Below the pieces are notes generated by a model. It made no database searches. It was not told the origin of the DNA and saw nothing but the letters and a program-made list of their open reading frames with translations. This document shows, in pieces, positions 37,672-47,991 of a stretch of 64,000 nucleotides of DNA. The DNA is from an uncultured Gammaproteobacteria bacterium (GTDB lineage: Bacteria > Pseudomonadota > Gammaproteobacteria > Thiohalobacterales > Thiohalobacteraceae), in the NCBI GenBank assembly GCA_963696465.1, contig CAVOKC010000005.1, forward strand, positions 37,562-101,561, in the 5' to 3' direction. The position numbers and the translations under genes are program-made. Every line of letters starts with the position of its first letter. Position 1 is the first letter of the stretch.

Positions 37672-39363
37672 TTACTTCTCATCGTCCTCAGCAGCGGCAG
37701 CCGCCGCGGCCTTAGCGGCCTTGCGTCGACGCCAGAAAATGAAACCACCGACCGCGCCACCCACAACCAGATTGACCAGCACGAACAACGAAATAATCAG
37801 ACCTATGTTCATGCCCGCTTCGGCCTCGTCCTCGGCCGGCGCCCCCTCTTCAGCGGCAGCTTCATCCTTGGGTGGTTCTTCCTTGGGTGGTTCTTCTGCG
37901 GGCGGCGCCGCTGCGTGCGCGGGCTCCTCGGCGGCCACTGGCGCCGCTTCCACAGGCGGTTGCGTGGTATCCACCGTCGGCACGGCCACCTCGACGATCA
38001 GCGATTTCTCACGCTGGAAGTTTGCATTCTTGGCGATCACCCGCACCTGTTGCTGTCCCGGTTGTGCAAAGCTGGCTGCATTGGCAAATACGCCATCACC
38101 CGCGGCGCGGTCACCACTCTTGCCCAGATCGGCCAAAGGTAATTCGAGCTTCGCGCCGTCGGGTTGGGTGATCTCCATACTGAATTGTGTCTGGCCGAGG
38201 ATTTCCGGCTTGGTGACGACCTCACCCTTGTCCTGCAACCAAGCCTCGCTGGTCTGTTCCGTATTGGCATACAAGGGAGCTTCACCGACGCGCGCGTCCA
38301 GACCGAGATGCGTCACCACATAGGCTTTGTCGCCGCGATTGTCACTGAAGCGCAGATGCCATTGACCTGCCGGCGGCTTGTCGACGGTGATCATGTCGAA
38401 CTGTTCGGACTTGAACCAACGTACCGCTTTGCCCGCGTTGACCGCCTCGATCATGCGGCCATCGGGCATTTCCAGTTTCACTTCCACCTCTGGCGTCGCC
38501 TTGGAAGCGACCACAGTCACTTCCTCGATGGCAGAATCGACCATGAACGCGCCGTCATCCATCGGCAGCATGTCCGGCTGTTTGGCGGATTCGAAAATCT
38601 GGCTGAACACTTCATGCAATTCGCGATCGTTGGACGCCAGTCGCGACAAGGCCGCGGTGCGTTCGGCGACCTCACGCATCAGAGGCATGTCGGAGGCTTC
38701 AGTAAAGGCGATGGTGTAGACCTCGATGCCGTCTTTGATCAGGGCATCGATGGTTTCTTTGCGTATTTTTTCCAGCAGCGCTTGGTCTTGATCGAAGTTA
38801 CCGGTATCCATCTTGCCATCGGACATCAACACCACCATGCGCCGACGCTGGCTGTCGCCTTCGCGCTTGAGCATGTCGTGGCCGCTGGCCAGCGCCGCAT
38901 GCAGATTGGTGTAAGCACCCTTGGAAGAAACTTTTTCAACTGCGGCGAATAATTGCGTCTGGTGCTGCTTGTCGGCCGGCGTCAGATGCAGAACCGGATA
39001 GCCGTTGTCGCTGAAACTGATCAAGCCGACACGATCTTTGGCATTGAGCAGCGAGATGAACATTTTGGCGGCGGGAACCCGTAAGCGGCGCGGATCGGTT
39101 TCCTTCATGCTGCCGGAACTGTCGATCACCAGTACAGCATCGACACCCTCGGTGCGTGGGGCTGACAGGGCGGCCATCGCCGGCGCGGGCTGAGCGGCGG
39201 GCGCCACTGCAGGCGCCACTGCAGGCGACGAGACCGCCGCAGGTTCCGACGCCCAGGGCGTCCCCGTACCGGCACTCAACAGCAGAATTCCGACACAGCC
39301 CAGAACACTGAACAGGTGCCGCCATCTCGTCTGAACTGTCTCTGCTGACCCGCCGCGATTCAT
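37672..39363 (-). CDS. secreted von Willebrand factor A (VWA) domain protein with C-terminal TM anchor
   Basis: 563-aa ORF with a signal peptide. A VWA MIDAS pattern is present (VLVIDSSGSMKETDP...RVGLISFSD...VVLMSDGKMD). A beta-rich middle region is followed by a PPKEEPPKDE linker, the TM IGLIISLFVLVNLVVGGAVGGFIFW and an RRRKAAKAAAAAAAEDDEK tail. Its stop is 11 nt before the next gene. Confidence 0.75.
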   Translation of the reverse strand: MNRGGSAETVQTRWRHLFSVLGCVGILLLSAGTGTPWASEPAAVSSPAVAPAVAPAAQPAPAMAALSAPRTEGVDAVLVIDSSGSMKETDPRRLRVPAAKMFISLLNAKDRVGLISFSDNGYPVLHLTPADKQHQTQLFAAVEKVSSKGAYTNLHAALASGHDMLKREGDSQRRRMVVLMSDGKMDTGNFDQDQALLEKIRKETIDALIKDGIEVYTIAFTEASDMPLMREVAERTAALSRLASNDRELHEVFSQIFESAKQPDMLPMDDGAFMVDSAIEEVTVVASKATPEVEVKLEMPDGRMIEAVNAGKAVRWFKSEQFDMITVDKPPAGQWHLRFSDNRGDKAYVVTHLGLDARVGEAPLYANTEQTSEAWLQDKGEVVTKPEILGQTQFSMEITQPDGAKLELPLADLGKSGDRAAGDGVFANAASFAQPGQQQVRVIAKNANFQREKSLIVEVAVPTVDTTQPPVEAAPVAAEEPAHAAAPPAEEPPKEEPPKDEAAAEEGAPAEDEAEAGMNIGLIISLFVLVNLVVGGAVGGFIFWRRRKAAKAAAAAAAEDDEK

Positions 39364-39537
39364 ACCCGCTACTCCTTAACGCAATTTGATTTCAAACGGT
39401 TACGGGGCAATGCTGCCGATATAGTCATGCCCTCGATGTCCCAATTCCCTGTACCGTTCGCGATACCGATACATAGATGTAGCTGAGATTCAAAGCGTTA
39501 CCTGCAAGAGCTGAGCCAGAAGCGAGCGCCGCCGTGA

Positions 39538-40194
39538 TCACCGGCGCACCAGGCGAAAAACCTGCTCATCCAGGCGGGTCAGACCACGCGCCTGAAAGCG
39601 TGGGTTATCGATGAGGATGTCCTGACCACCGAGCGGGTCGATATGAAAATCGGCGGCGAACAACGCCTCCACCTCGGCCGCACTCACCGCGAACGGCGGG
39701 CCGTCCATTTCCTGGGGCGGATAATCCAGCGTGATCAGCAAGACCGGTACGCCCGAGGGCAGCAACGCGGCCATCTGTTGCGCATAGCGTTTGCGCATCG
39801 GCGGCGGCAAAGCGATCAGCGAGGCGCGGTCGTAGACAGCGGTGATGCCCTGCATATCTGCCTGGGTCAGATCGAAGAAGTCGCCTTCCAGCAGCGTAAT
39901 TTCGTCGGCCTGTCGCCGCACAAAACGGGCATCGGCCTGCGCTGAAAAGGCCAGCGCGTTTTCCTCGAAAAAATCAGCGACCGCAATCGGGCTGAGTTCC
40001 ACCCCCAGCACCCGCTGCCCCTGCCCGGCCAACCACAGCATGTCACGACTCTTGCCGCACAGCGGCACGAACACACAACCGCCCAGCGCGGCCTGCAATA
40101 ACGACCAGTAGTGTTGCAGGTGCGGATTGATTTCCGCCTGGTGAAAACCGATTTCGTCCGCCTGCCAGCGGGCATGCCAGAAACTAGGGTCCAT
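39538..40194 (-). CDS. tpm: thiopurine S-methyltransferase family (Tpm/TmpA)
   Basis: MDPSFWHARWQADEIGFHQAEINPHLQHYW...VFVPLCGKSRDMLWLAGQGQRVLGVELS matches the TPMT N-terminal and SAM-binding signatures. Start taken at the internal ATG 40194. Confidence 0.8.
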   Translation of the reverse strand: MDPSFWHARWQADEIGFHQAEINPHLQHYWSLLQAALGGCVFVPLCGKSRDMLWLAGQGQRVLGVELSPIAVADFFEENALAFSAQADARFVRRQADEITLLEGDFFDLTQADMQGITAVYDRASLIALPPPMRKRYAQQMAALLPSGVPVLLITLDYPPQEMDGPPFAVSAAEVEALFAADFHIDPLGGQDILIDNPRFQARGLTRLDEQVFRLVRR

Positions 40195-40208
40195 CTTCAG
40201 CTCCTCAA

Positions 40209-40956
40209 TTATCCCAATCGCGCCGACAATTCGCGCGCAGTCGCTTTGAGCAATTCGATCCACTCGTCACGCCGGCGTTCTATCGGCGCGGATATCGACA
40301 GACCGGCGACAATCTGACCGCTATCGTCATGCACCAGCACGCCGATACAACCCACGCCGGTCTCGGCCTCTTCATCATCGTAGGCGAATCCCGCACGTAT
40401 GCAGCCGGAGACATGTTGCACCAGTTGCTCCTCGTCGGTGAGACTGTAACGCGTGTAGCCCGGCAGTTGGGTGCGTTGCGCATAGTCGCGACACGCCGCC
40501 TCACTGCCCTCACCCAGCATCAGCTTGCCGACGGCCGTTACATGCAGCGGCGCACGGCTGCCGATGCGCTGCTCGACACGCATCATGCGCTCGGGCAGGG
40601 CACGATCGAGATACACCACTTCATCGCCCTGACGCACGGTGAGATTGACGGTCTCGCCGATCTGGTCGCGCAGCGCCTCCATCAACGGCCGTGCCTCGCG
40701 GCGCAGATCCTGATGCGAGGCGACACGGCTGCCCAGTTGCAGCAAGCCGGATGCCGAGTCGGTAATTGCTGCCCTCGCGCGCGACCAAACCATTTTCGAT
40801 GGCAGCGGCGAAAATACGGAACGCGGTCGACGGATGCAGTTCGGTCTCGGCGGCCAGGACTTTCAGGCTGACCGGATCACGGTTGCGGGCGAGCGCCTCC
40901 AGGAGCGAGGTCAGGCGATCTATGACTTGGATGGAACTGGTTTCTTGCTTGGACAT
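40209..40956 (-). pseudogene. IclR-family transcriptional regulator (one frame break near 40770)
   Basis: ATG 40956 gives MSKQETSSIQVIDRLTSLLEALARNRDPVSLKVLAAETELHPSTAFRIFAAAIENGLVAREGSNYRLG (wHTH). ORF 40209..40793 supplies the effector domain (ETVNLTVRQGDEVVYLDR...GSRAPLHVTAVGKLML...GFAYDDEEAETGVGCIGVLV...AGLSISAP). Confidence 0.8.
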
Positions 40957-41082
40957 ATTTCGTATCGTGGAATCGATTGCGGATTGCGGAATCCTACGCC
41001 GGGCCGTACTGTGTTTGCAACTGAACACTGACCGGCCATACCCGCTTGGCCATGCCCGATTACAAAGACCAGGAGTCCGACC

Positions 41083-43303
41083 ATGAGCACCGCCGCCGAA
41101 CTGAACCTGTCCGCCACCGATTTCCGCGACGGTATCCAATACTTCGCCCAGCCCTGGCCGGGCTCCGACCAGCTCGCCGCCAAACCGGTCATCGGCGCCA
41201 CCCAGACCAGCATTGCCGATCCGTCCGACCCGGCCGCGGTGTTCCAGACCTTATTGGCCGCCGATGCCCTGCGTTATCTGACCCTCCAGATCTGCGGCAG
41301 CAAAGCCTCCGGCCATCCGGGTGGTTATGCCTCGTCCGCCGAGGCGCATGCCGCGCTGATGATGCTCGGCCATAAGCACATCGTCACCGAGGTGGGTCAT
41401 CACGCCCCCGGTTTTTACAGCTCCATGTTCCTCGACCGTTCGCTGGAGGCAATGGACATCCACACCGTGTCCGATCTGCGCGCGCGCTTCCGCGAACGCC
41501 ACGGTCTGCTCGGCCATCTGTCCGGCGCCATCCCCGGCCTGCTCGCGCCGGCCGGACCGTTGGGTCAGGGCCAGCACTTCGCCATGGGCGGTGCGCTGCT
41601 CAACCCCGGCACGCTGTTTCCCCGTGACCATTGGTGATGGCGGTCTGGGCGAGCCCTACATCATGTCGTCGTTCATGCACTTCAAGACCGCGTTACCCGC
41701 AGGTGACCAACTTCCTGCCGGTGCTGGTGTGGAACGGTTACAGCCAGGAACATCATTCCATGGTGTCGCTGATGTCCAACGAGGCGATGACCGCCTATTG
41801 GAAGGCGCACGGCTTCGACGACGTGATCCTGATCGATGCAAAGGAATTCGACGATGCCGATCAAGACGGCGCCTATGTCGACAGCACGCGCTTCTCGCAT
41901 GTCGCAGCGGCTCGCTTTCCAGGGCGCGGTGCTCGAAGGTATCGACGCGCGCGGCCAAACAGGCACGCTCCGGCACGCTCACCGCCTTCATCATCAAGCA
42001 GCTCAAGGGTGCCGGCGTGCATGCCATCGGCGCCAAGGCACACAACCTGTATCCGGCCGACACGCTGGATGCCGAGCACATCATCAGCGGTCTGAAACGC
42101 CGTGCGTTGAACGCAGAAGCCTGGGAACTGGTGCGCACGAATCTATCGCGCGCCGGTGGTGGCCCTGCCGGAAAAACCGTTGCGACCGAGCGTGAACGCG
42201 CCTTGCCGGATCTCGGCACATTGCCGCTGCAGGATTTCCCGTTGGGTGAAAACCAAGTGCCGGCGACCGCTTTCGGCGCCGTGGTCGCCGCCGTGGGTCA
42301 ACGTGATCCGGCGTTCGTGGTGAGTAATGCCGATGGTAACGAGGCGTCGGCGATGAAGAACATCAACGATGCGCTGAAGATCCGCCATCCGACGACGGAT
42401 CCGCTCTACAACCAGTCGCCGAACGGCCAGGTGTATGAGCCGCTCAACGAAGATGCCTGCGCCGGTCTGGCCGCCGCCATTGCATTGTTCGGCGGCCGCT
42501 CGCTGTGGCTGTCCTACGAGAGCTTCGCCATCAACGGCTGGCCGATTGTGCAGACCGTGTCGCAGGCGATGGCCGAACTGCGCCGCAAGACGCCTTCGCA
42601 GGTGGTGATGTTCACCGCCGGTGCGTTGGAGCAAGGCCGCAACGGCTGGACGCATCAGCGTCCCGAGATCGAATCCTACTGTGCGGCGATGATGCGCAAC
42701 GGCAATCACTACCCGTTGTTCCCCTGCGATGCCAATATGATCCAAGTGGCGTATGACTGGGCGCTCGGCACCACAATAAGTCGATTGCCATCTTCGCCTC
42801 GAAGACCGCTCTGCCGGTGCGGACCACACTGACGCAGGCGAGCATCGCCATCGAAGACGGCGCGGTGAGCCTGTATGAAACGGCCACTGGCAAAGGCCCG
42901 CTGATCGTGCTGGCCGTGGCCGGCGACATGGTGTTGTTGCCCGCGTTCACGGCGCGCGACGCACTTGAAAAGGCCGGCGCCCGCGTGCGCATCGTCTGCA
43001 TCGCCAACCCGCGTCGCTTGTACCGTCCCAGTGATGTGAGCTGGAACAGTGTCAGCGAACCGGATGGTCAGTTCATGGACGATGCGAGCTTCAACGAACT
43101 TTTCGGCGGCGATGCCCTGCTCGCCATCAGCGGCGGACCGAGCGCGACACTCGAACCGGTGTTGCTGCGCAGCTCGAGCCAAACGTGACGCCCTGTGCTG
43201 GCAGCGCGGCGAAACCGTCGCCGCCGCCAGTGAACTGATGAGCTTCAACGGCGTGGATGCACCGGCCATCGAGGCACGGGCGCGGGCGTTGTTGGGATTG
43301 TAA
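41083..43303 (+). pseudogene. divergent ThDP-dependent enzyme of the phosphoketolase/transketolase superfamily (~740 aa, at least 5 frame breaks)
   Basis: Collinear fragments: SGHPGGYASSAEAHAALMMLG, GPLGQGQHFAMGGAL, VTIGDGGLGEPYIMSS, LPVLVWNGYSQEHHSM, SNADGNEASAMKNINDAL, GRNGWTHQRPEIESYCAAMMRNGNHYPLFPCDANM (compare phosphoketolase NGFSHQDPG ... Y.P.DAN), LAVAGDMVLLPAFTARDALEKAGARVRIVCIANPRRL and a terminal WQRGETVAAASELMSFNG. Confidence 0.6.
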
Positions 43304-43336
43304 TCCACACCCTGTAGCCTGGGTGAGCACAGCGAC

Positions 43337-43503
43337 GTAGGATGGGTGGAGGCGTATTTTGTCGCAACCCATCACAGCGGATCGATGGGTTGCGCTCGCT
43401 CCACCCATCCTACGGTAGCGAGTGACGTAGGATGGGTGGAGGCGTTGTTTGCCGCAACCCATCGCGACAACCGATGGGTTACGCTGCGCTCCACCCATCC
43501 TAC
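43337..43503. repeat. two tandem 77-bp REP-like palindromic units (GTAGGATGGGTGGAG...CTCCACCCATCCTAC)
   Basis: Units lie at 43337-43413 and 43427-43503. Each has perfect 15-bp outer inverted arms and an inner AACCCATC...GATGGGTT inverted pair. Confidence 0.85.
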
Positions 43504-43531
43504 AATACTAAGACACCGAGAAAGGCTTTTC

Positions 43532-43688
43532 GAACCGCAAAGGCGCAAAGAACGATTTATTGAAATTAATGTAATGTTGCTTTGACATTTTCATTTGTCT
43601 TTCTTGGCGCCTTTGCGCCTTGGCGGTTCAATAATCTTTTCGCCCTTGGCGGTTCAATAATCTTGGCGTCCTTGGCGGTTCAATAATC
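43532..43688. repeat. MITE/REP-like element of the 'CTTGGCGCCTTTGCGCCTTGGCGGTTC' family with a 3x 26-bp tandem tail
   Basis: The left arm gaaccgcaaaggcgcaaagaa (43532-43552) is inverted relative to ttcttggcgcctttgcgccttggcggttc (43601-). ccttggcggttcaataatc repeats at 43618, 43644 and 43670. Confidence 0.75.
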
Positions 43689-43707
43689 AACAGGCATGAG
43701 ATAGACC

Positions 43708-45056
43708 ATGACCGAAACCAAACTCGTAGTGCTCGACGATGATCCGACCGGTTCGCAGACGGTGCACAGCTGCCTGCTGCTCACCCGTTGGGATGTGGAC
43801 ACGCTGCGTGAGGCGTTGCTGGATGCGGCACCGCTGTTCTTCGTCTTGACCAACACGCGTGGCATGGATGCACAACGGGCTGAGACGATCACCCGCGAGG
43901 TTTGTCAGAATCTCAAAGTTACATTGGATGATCTGGCGCGCTCCGGCCGCGTCATCGAACCGATTGTAATCAGCCGCTCCGATTCGACTCTGCGTGGACA
44001 TTATCCGGTCGAGACCGATGTGATCGCCGAGGAATTGGGGCCATTCGATGCGCATTTCCTGATCCCCGCCTTTATCGAGGGCGGACGCATCACGCGGGAC
44101 GGGATACATTACCTGTTGGTCGATGGCAAACCGGTTCCGGTCAACGAGACCGAATTCGCCCGCGACTCAGTGTTCGGCTATAAGCACGCCTTTCTGCCGG
44201 ACTACATCGAGGAAAAGACGCGCGGCCGCATCCACGCCGATCAGGTCGAACGCTTCAATCTTGCAGATATCCGTAGCGGCTGCCTGGATCGTCTGTTGGC
44301 ATTGCGTGGTAATGTCGCCTGTGTGGTCGACGCCGAATCGTATGCTGATCTGTCCGCCTTCGCCGCGGATCTCAAGGCCGCTGCACAACAGGGCAAGCGT
44401 TTCCTGTGCCGTAGCGCGGCGGGCATTATCAGTGCGCTCGCCGCCTTGCCGCCGCAACCGATTGCGGCCGAAGACATGCGCCGCAGCGTGCGCAGCGATC
44501 GACCTGGCGCGGTAGTGGTCGGCTCGCATGTCAACAAGACCACGCGTCAATTGCAGCAACTGCTGGCCGAACCGGATACCGCACCAATCGAAGTGGATGT
44601 CACGCGTCTACCGGATCATTCGAAGGCGCTGCTTGGCAACGTGCTCGAACGCATCGAGACCGCCCACGCCCAGCATCTGAGCTCGGTGATCTTCACCAGC
44701 CGCACCGAGTTAGCTTCGACATCGAGGAGACGCGGCTCGCCTTCGGTGAAATGGTCTCCGCATTCCTGATGGAGGTGGTACATCATCTGCCGGCCGATAT
44801 CAGTTTCCTGATCAGTAAGGGCGGCATAACCTCCAACGATATGCTGTCGCAGGGATTGAGCTTGCGCACCGCACGCGTGTTGGGCCAGATTCTGCCCGGC
44901 TGCTCGGTGGTACTCTGCCCCGAGGACCACCCGCAGTATCCGCATCTGCCGGTGGTGATCTTTCCCGGCAATGTCGGTGACGATGGCGCGTTGGCGACCG
45001 TCTTCCGGCGACTTGCAGGGCCTGCGCCGATACAACAGCATCGGAATCAAATGTAG
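43708..45056 (+). pseudogene. four-carbon acid-sugar kinase family protein (DUF1537; OtnK/DtnK-like), one frame break near 44720
   Basis: The N-terminus LVVLDDDPTGSQTVH is the DUF1537 DDxTGS signature. SDSTLRGHYPVE and a nucleotide-binding C-domain follow. ORF 44751..45056 supplies ISFLISKGGITSNDMLSQGL...VIFPGNVGDDGAL. Confidence 0.7.
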
Positions 45057-45198
45057 TTCGCATCGCAAAATTTGATGTAGGAACAGCCCTGGCCGCGAAC
45101 TTATATTCAGGCCACATCGCTCGCATGGGTGATATCACCGCACAATAGACAGTGGTTGTGGCTGGTCGCGGCATGGCAACATCCGGATAATCGCAGGC

Positions 45199-46764
45199 AT
45201 GACTGAATTGGCACGGCATCACATAAACCCGACCCAACGCGCACAGACGCAACGCGACCTAGCCGCCGCGCTGCTTGCGATCTTGCCGGCCGATGCGATC
45301 CTGGCGAACGATGAATCACTGCGCCCCTATGAATGCGACGGACTGTCCGCCTATCGGTGTGTGCCACTGGCGGTAGTCTTACCCGACAGCGTCGAGCAGG
45401 TACGCGCCATTTTGAAACTCTGTCATGCACGCAAGATACCGGTCGTGGCGCGCGGTGCCGGCACCGGTCTATCGGGCGGTGCACTGCCACATGCCGATGG
45501 ATTGGTCCTCAGCCTCGCGCGTTTTAATAAAATTTTGTCGATCGATCCTGAGCAGCGCAGCGCCCGCGTGCAACCCGGTGTGCGCAACCTCGCCATTTCC
45601 GAAGCTGCCAAGCCGCTGGGTTTGTATTACGCGCCCGACCCTTCTTCGCAGATCGCCTGCACCATCGGCGGCAATGTCGCGGAGAATTCCGGTGGCGTGC
45701 ATTGTCTGAAATACGGATTGACGGTGCATAACATCCTGCGGGTGGAAATGCTCACCATCGACGGTGAATCGCTCACCCTCGGCAGTGATGCATTGGATGC
45801 AGCCGGTTACGATCTGCTCGCACTCATCACCGGCTCTGAAGGCATGCTCGGTGTGCTGACGGAAATCACCGTGCGCCTGCTGCCGATTCCGCAACGCGCG
45901 CAAGTCGTACTCGCCGCCTTTGATGACATCGAAAAGGCCGGTCGGGCCGTGGGCGATATCATTGGCGCCGGCGTGATTCCCGCCGGTCTGGAAATGATGG
46001 ACCGCCTCGCCATCCGCGCCGCCGAGGATTTCGTCCACGCCGATTACCCAGATTGTGAGGCCATCCTGCTCTGCGAAGTCGATGGTACCAACGAGGAAGT
46101 CTCAGAACACATCACGCAGGTGCGCGCACTGTTACTCGCCGCCGGCGCTATCGAAGTTCGCACTGCGCGCGACGATGCCGAGCGGCAGCTGTTCTGGAAG
46201 GGCCGCAAGGCCGCCTTCCCCGCCGTCGGCCGCCTGTCGCCCGATTATTACTGCATGGACGGCACCATCCCACGCCGGCATCTGCCGCAGGTACTCAAAC
46301 GCATCGGCGAACTCTCGCAGGAATATGGCCTGCCGGTGGCGAACGTATTTCACGCCGGCGACGGCAATCTGCATCCGCTGATTCTCTACGATGCCAACAA
46401 GCCCGGCGAACTGGAACGTACCGAGGCCTTCGGCAGCAAGATTCTGGAACTGTGCGTCGAGGTCGGCGGCACCATCACCGGCGAACACGGCGTGGGCATG
46501 GAAAAGATCAACCAGATGTGCGTGCAGTTCGCCTCGGCGGAGCTACAGCAGTTCCATGCCGTGAAGGCCGCCTTCGATCCAGACGGCCTCTTGAATCCCG
46601 GCAAGGCCGTGCCGACGCTGCACCGCTGCGCCGAATTCGGCGCCATGCATGTGCATCACGGTCAACTGGTGCATCCGGAACTTGGAGCGGTTCTGATGGC
46701 TTCTACCGCCATGACGGCAATTATGTTGAACCGCCAAGGCGCAAAGACGCCAAGAAATTCGTAA
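45199..46764 (+). CDS. glcD: glycolate oxidase FAD-binding subunit GlcD (ORF artificially extended by a 1-nt insertion near 46684)
   Basis: Collinear with GlcD throughout (VVARGAGTGLSGGALP, GGNVAENSGGVHCLKYG, GEHGVGMEK, LLNPGKAVPTLHRCAEFGAMHVHHG). Removing one G from ttggag (46683-46687) restores PELERF followed by TGA (46694-46696). As assembled, the ORF reads on into a repeat element. Confidence 0.9.
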   Translation: MTELARHHINPTQRAQTQRDLAAALLAILPADAILANDESLRPYECDGLSAYRCVPLAVVLPDSVEQVRAILKLCHARKIPVVARGAGTGLSGGALPHADGLVLSLARFNKILSIDPEQRSARVQPGVRNLAISEAAKPLGLYYAPDPSSQIACTIGGNVAENSGGVHCLKYGLTVHNILRVEMLTIDGESLTLGSDALDAAGYDLLALITGSEGMLGVLTEITVRLLPIPQRAQVVLAAFDDIEKAGRAVGDIIGAGVIPAGLEMMDRLAIRAAEDFVHADYPDCEAILLCEVDGTNEEVSEHITQVRALLLAAGAIEVRTARDDAERQLFWKGRKAAFPAVGRLSPDYYCMDGTIPRRHLPQVLKRIGELSQEYGLPVANVFHAGDGNLHPLILYDANKPGELERTEAFGSKILELCVEVGGTITGEHGVGMEKINQMCVQFASAELQQFHAVKAAFDPDGLLNPGKAVPTLHRCAEFGAMHVHHGQLVHPELGAVLMASTAMTAIMLNRQGAKTPRNS

Positions 46765-46920
46765 ATATTGTGTGAAACGTACAAGCCGGTTGTATATCTG
46801 TCGGAATGGTTCAGGGTATGCGACTCTCGAGGCGCCCGAATGACACATCAATGAATTCATCTTGGCGTCTTTGCGCCTTGGCGGTTGAAAAAAGTTTTCC
46901 TTTGTATCTTGGCGGTTCAG
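46726..46920. repeat. MITE-like element of the CTTGGCG...GCCTTGGCGGTT family between glcD and glcE
   Basis: A near-perfect ~29-bp terminal inverted repeat, ttgaaccgccaaggcgcaaagacgccaagaa (46726-46756) and tcttggcgtctttgcgccttggcggttgaa (46860-46889), flanks ~100 bp. An extra half-copy atcttggcggttcag is at 46906-46920. Confidence 0.8.
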
Positions 46921-46927
46921 ACAACCC

Positions 46928-47991
46928 ATGTCTGACAAAACTGCAGCCGATACAATCGTTGAACAGGTGCGCGCGGCCGCCGCGCAGGCCACGCCGTTGG
47001 TCATCCGCGGCGGCGGCAGCAAGGATTTTCTGGTCGACGCACGAAAGGAACGACGCTCGATGTCAGCGGACTACAAGGCATCGTGCATTACGAACCCACC
47101 GAACTCGTCATCACCGCGCGTGCCGGTACGCCGCTGATAGAAGTTGAAGCCGCACTGGCGGACCGCGGTCAGATACTCGGTTTCGAACCGCCGCATTTCG
47201 CAGCGAATGCCACACTCGGCGGCACACTTGCCTGCGGCCTGTCCGGACCGGCGCGGCCGTTCCGCGGGAGCGCGCGGGATTTCGTGCTCGGTACAAAGAT
47301 CATCAACGGCATGGGCGAGCCATTGAGCTTCGGCGGCGAAGTGATGAAGAACGTCGCCGGCTATGACGTCTCACGCTTGATGTGCGGTGCCTATGGAACG
47401 CTCGGGGTACTGCTCGAAGTCTCACTCAAAGTCCTGCCCCGTCCGGCCAGCGAAATAACCCTCACGTTGGAACTCGATCACCACGACGCCATCACGCGCA
47501 TGAGCGAATGGCAACGCGATCCACTGCCGCTATCCGGCCTGTGTTATGACGGCGACCGCTTGCATGTGCGTCTGTCGGGAGCCGAACAGGCGGTCAGCGC
47601 GGCAAGGCGTCGCCTCGGTGGCGAGATTGAAGTCGACGGGGCCACATTCTGGGAACGCCTGCGCGAGCAACGCGGCGCCTTCTTCGAAGGCACTGGCGAG
47701 CTCTGGCGCCTCTCCGTTGCCTCGACAACGCGCACGATCGCGGTCACCGGCAAGCAGTTCATCGACTGGGGCGGCGCCCTGCGTTGGCTGAAGACGACAG
47801 AGCACGCGGAGAACATATTTGCTGCGGCCAGCGCAGCGGGCGGTCATGCTATGCGCTTTCGCGGCACAGCCGCTGCGCACCAAGTTTTTCAACCCTTGCC
47901 GGCGCCCTTACTCGCCCTGCATCAGCGTCTGAAAAAATCATTCGATCCACACGGCATCTTCAATCCCGGCCGCCTGTACCCGGAGTTTTGA
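46928..47991 (+). pseudogene. glcE: glycolate oxidase FAD-binding subunit GlcE (one frame break near 47045-47080)
   Basis: MSDKTAADTIVEQVRAAAAQATPLVIRGGGSKDFL is followed, in the second frame, by IVHYEPTELVITARAGTPLIEVEAALADRGQILGFEPPHF...MKNVAGYDVSRLMCGAYGTLGVLLEVSLKV.... Confidence 0.85.

Noticed and set aside
43127-43585. ORFs 43127..43498 (-) and 43346..43585 (+)
   Set aside because: They are translations of the GTAGGATGGGTGGAG palindromic repeats, a well-known source of spurious 'hypothetical proteins'.
43618-43688. Three evenly spaced 19-bp repeats (26-bp period), possibly a CRISPR array
   Set aside because: The spacers are only ~7 nt and near-identical, and there are no cas genes. 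The repeat belongs to a dispersed REP/MITE family also present at 46860-46920 and 33455-33475.
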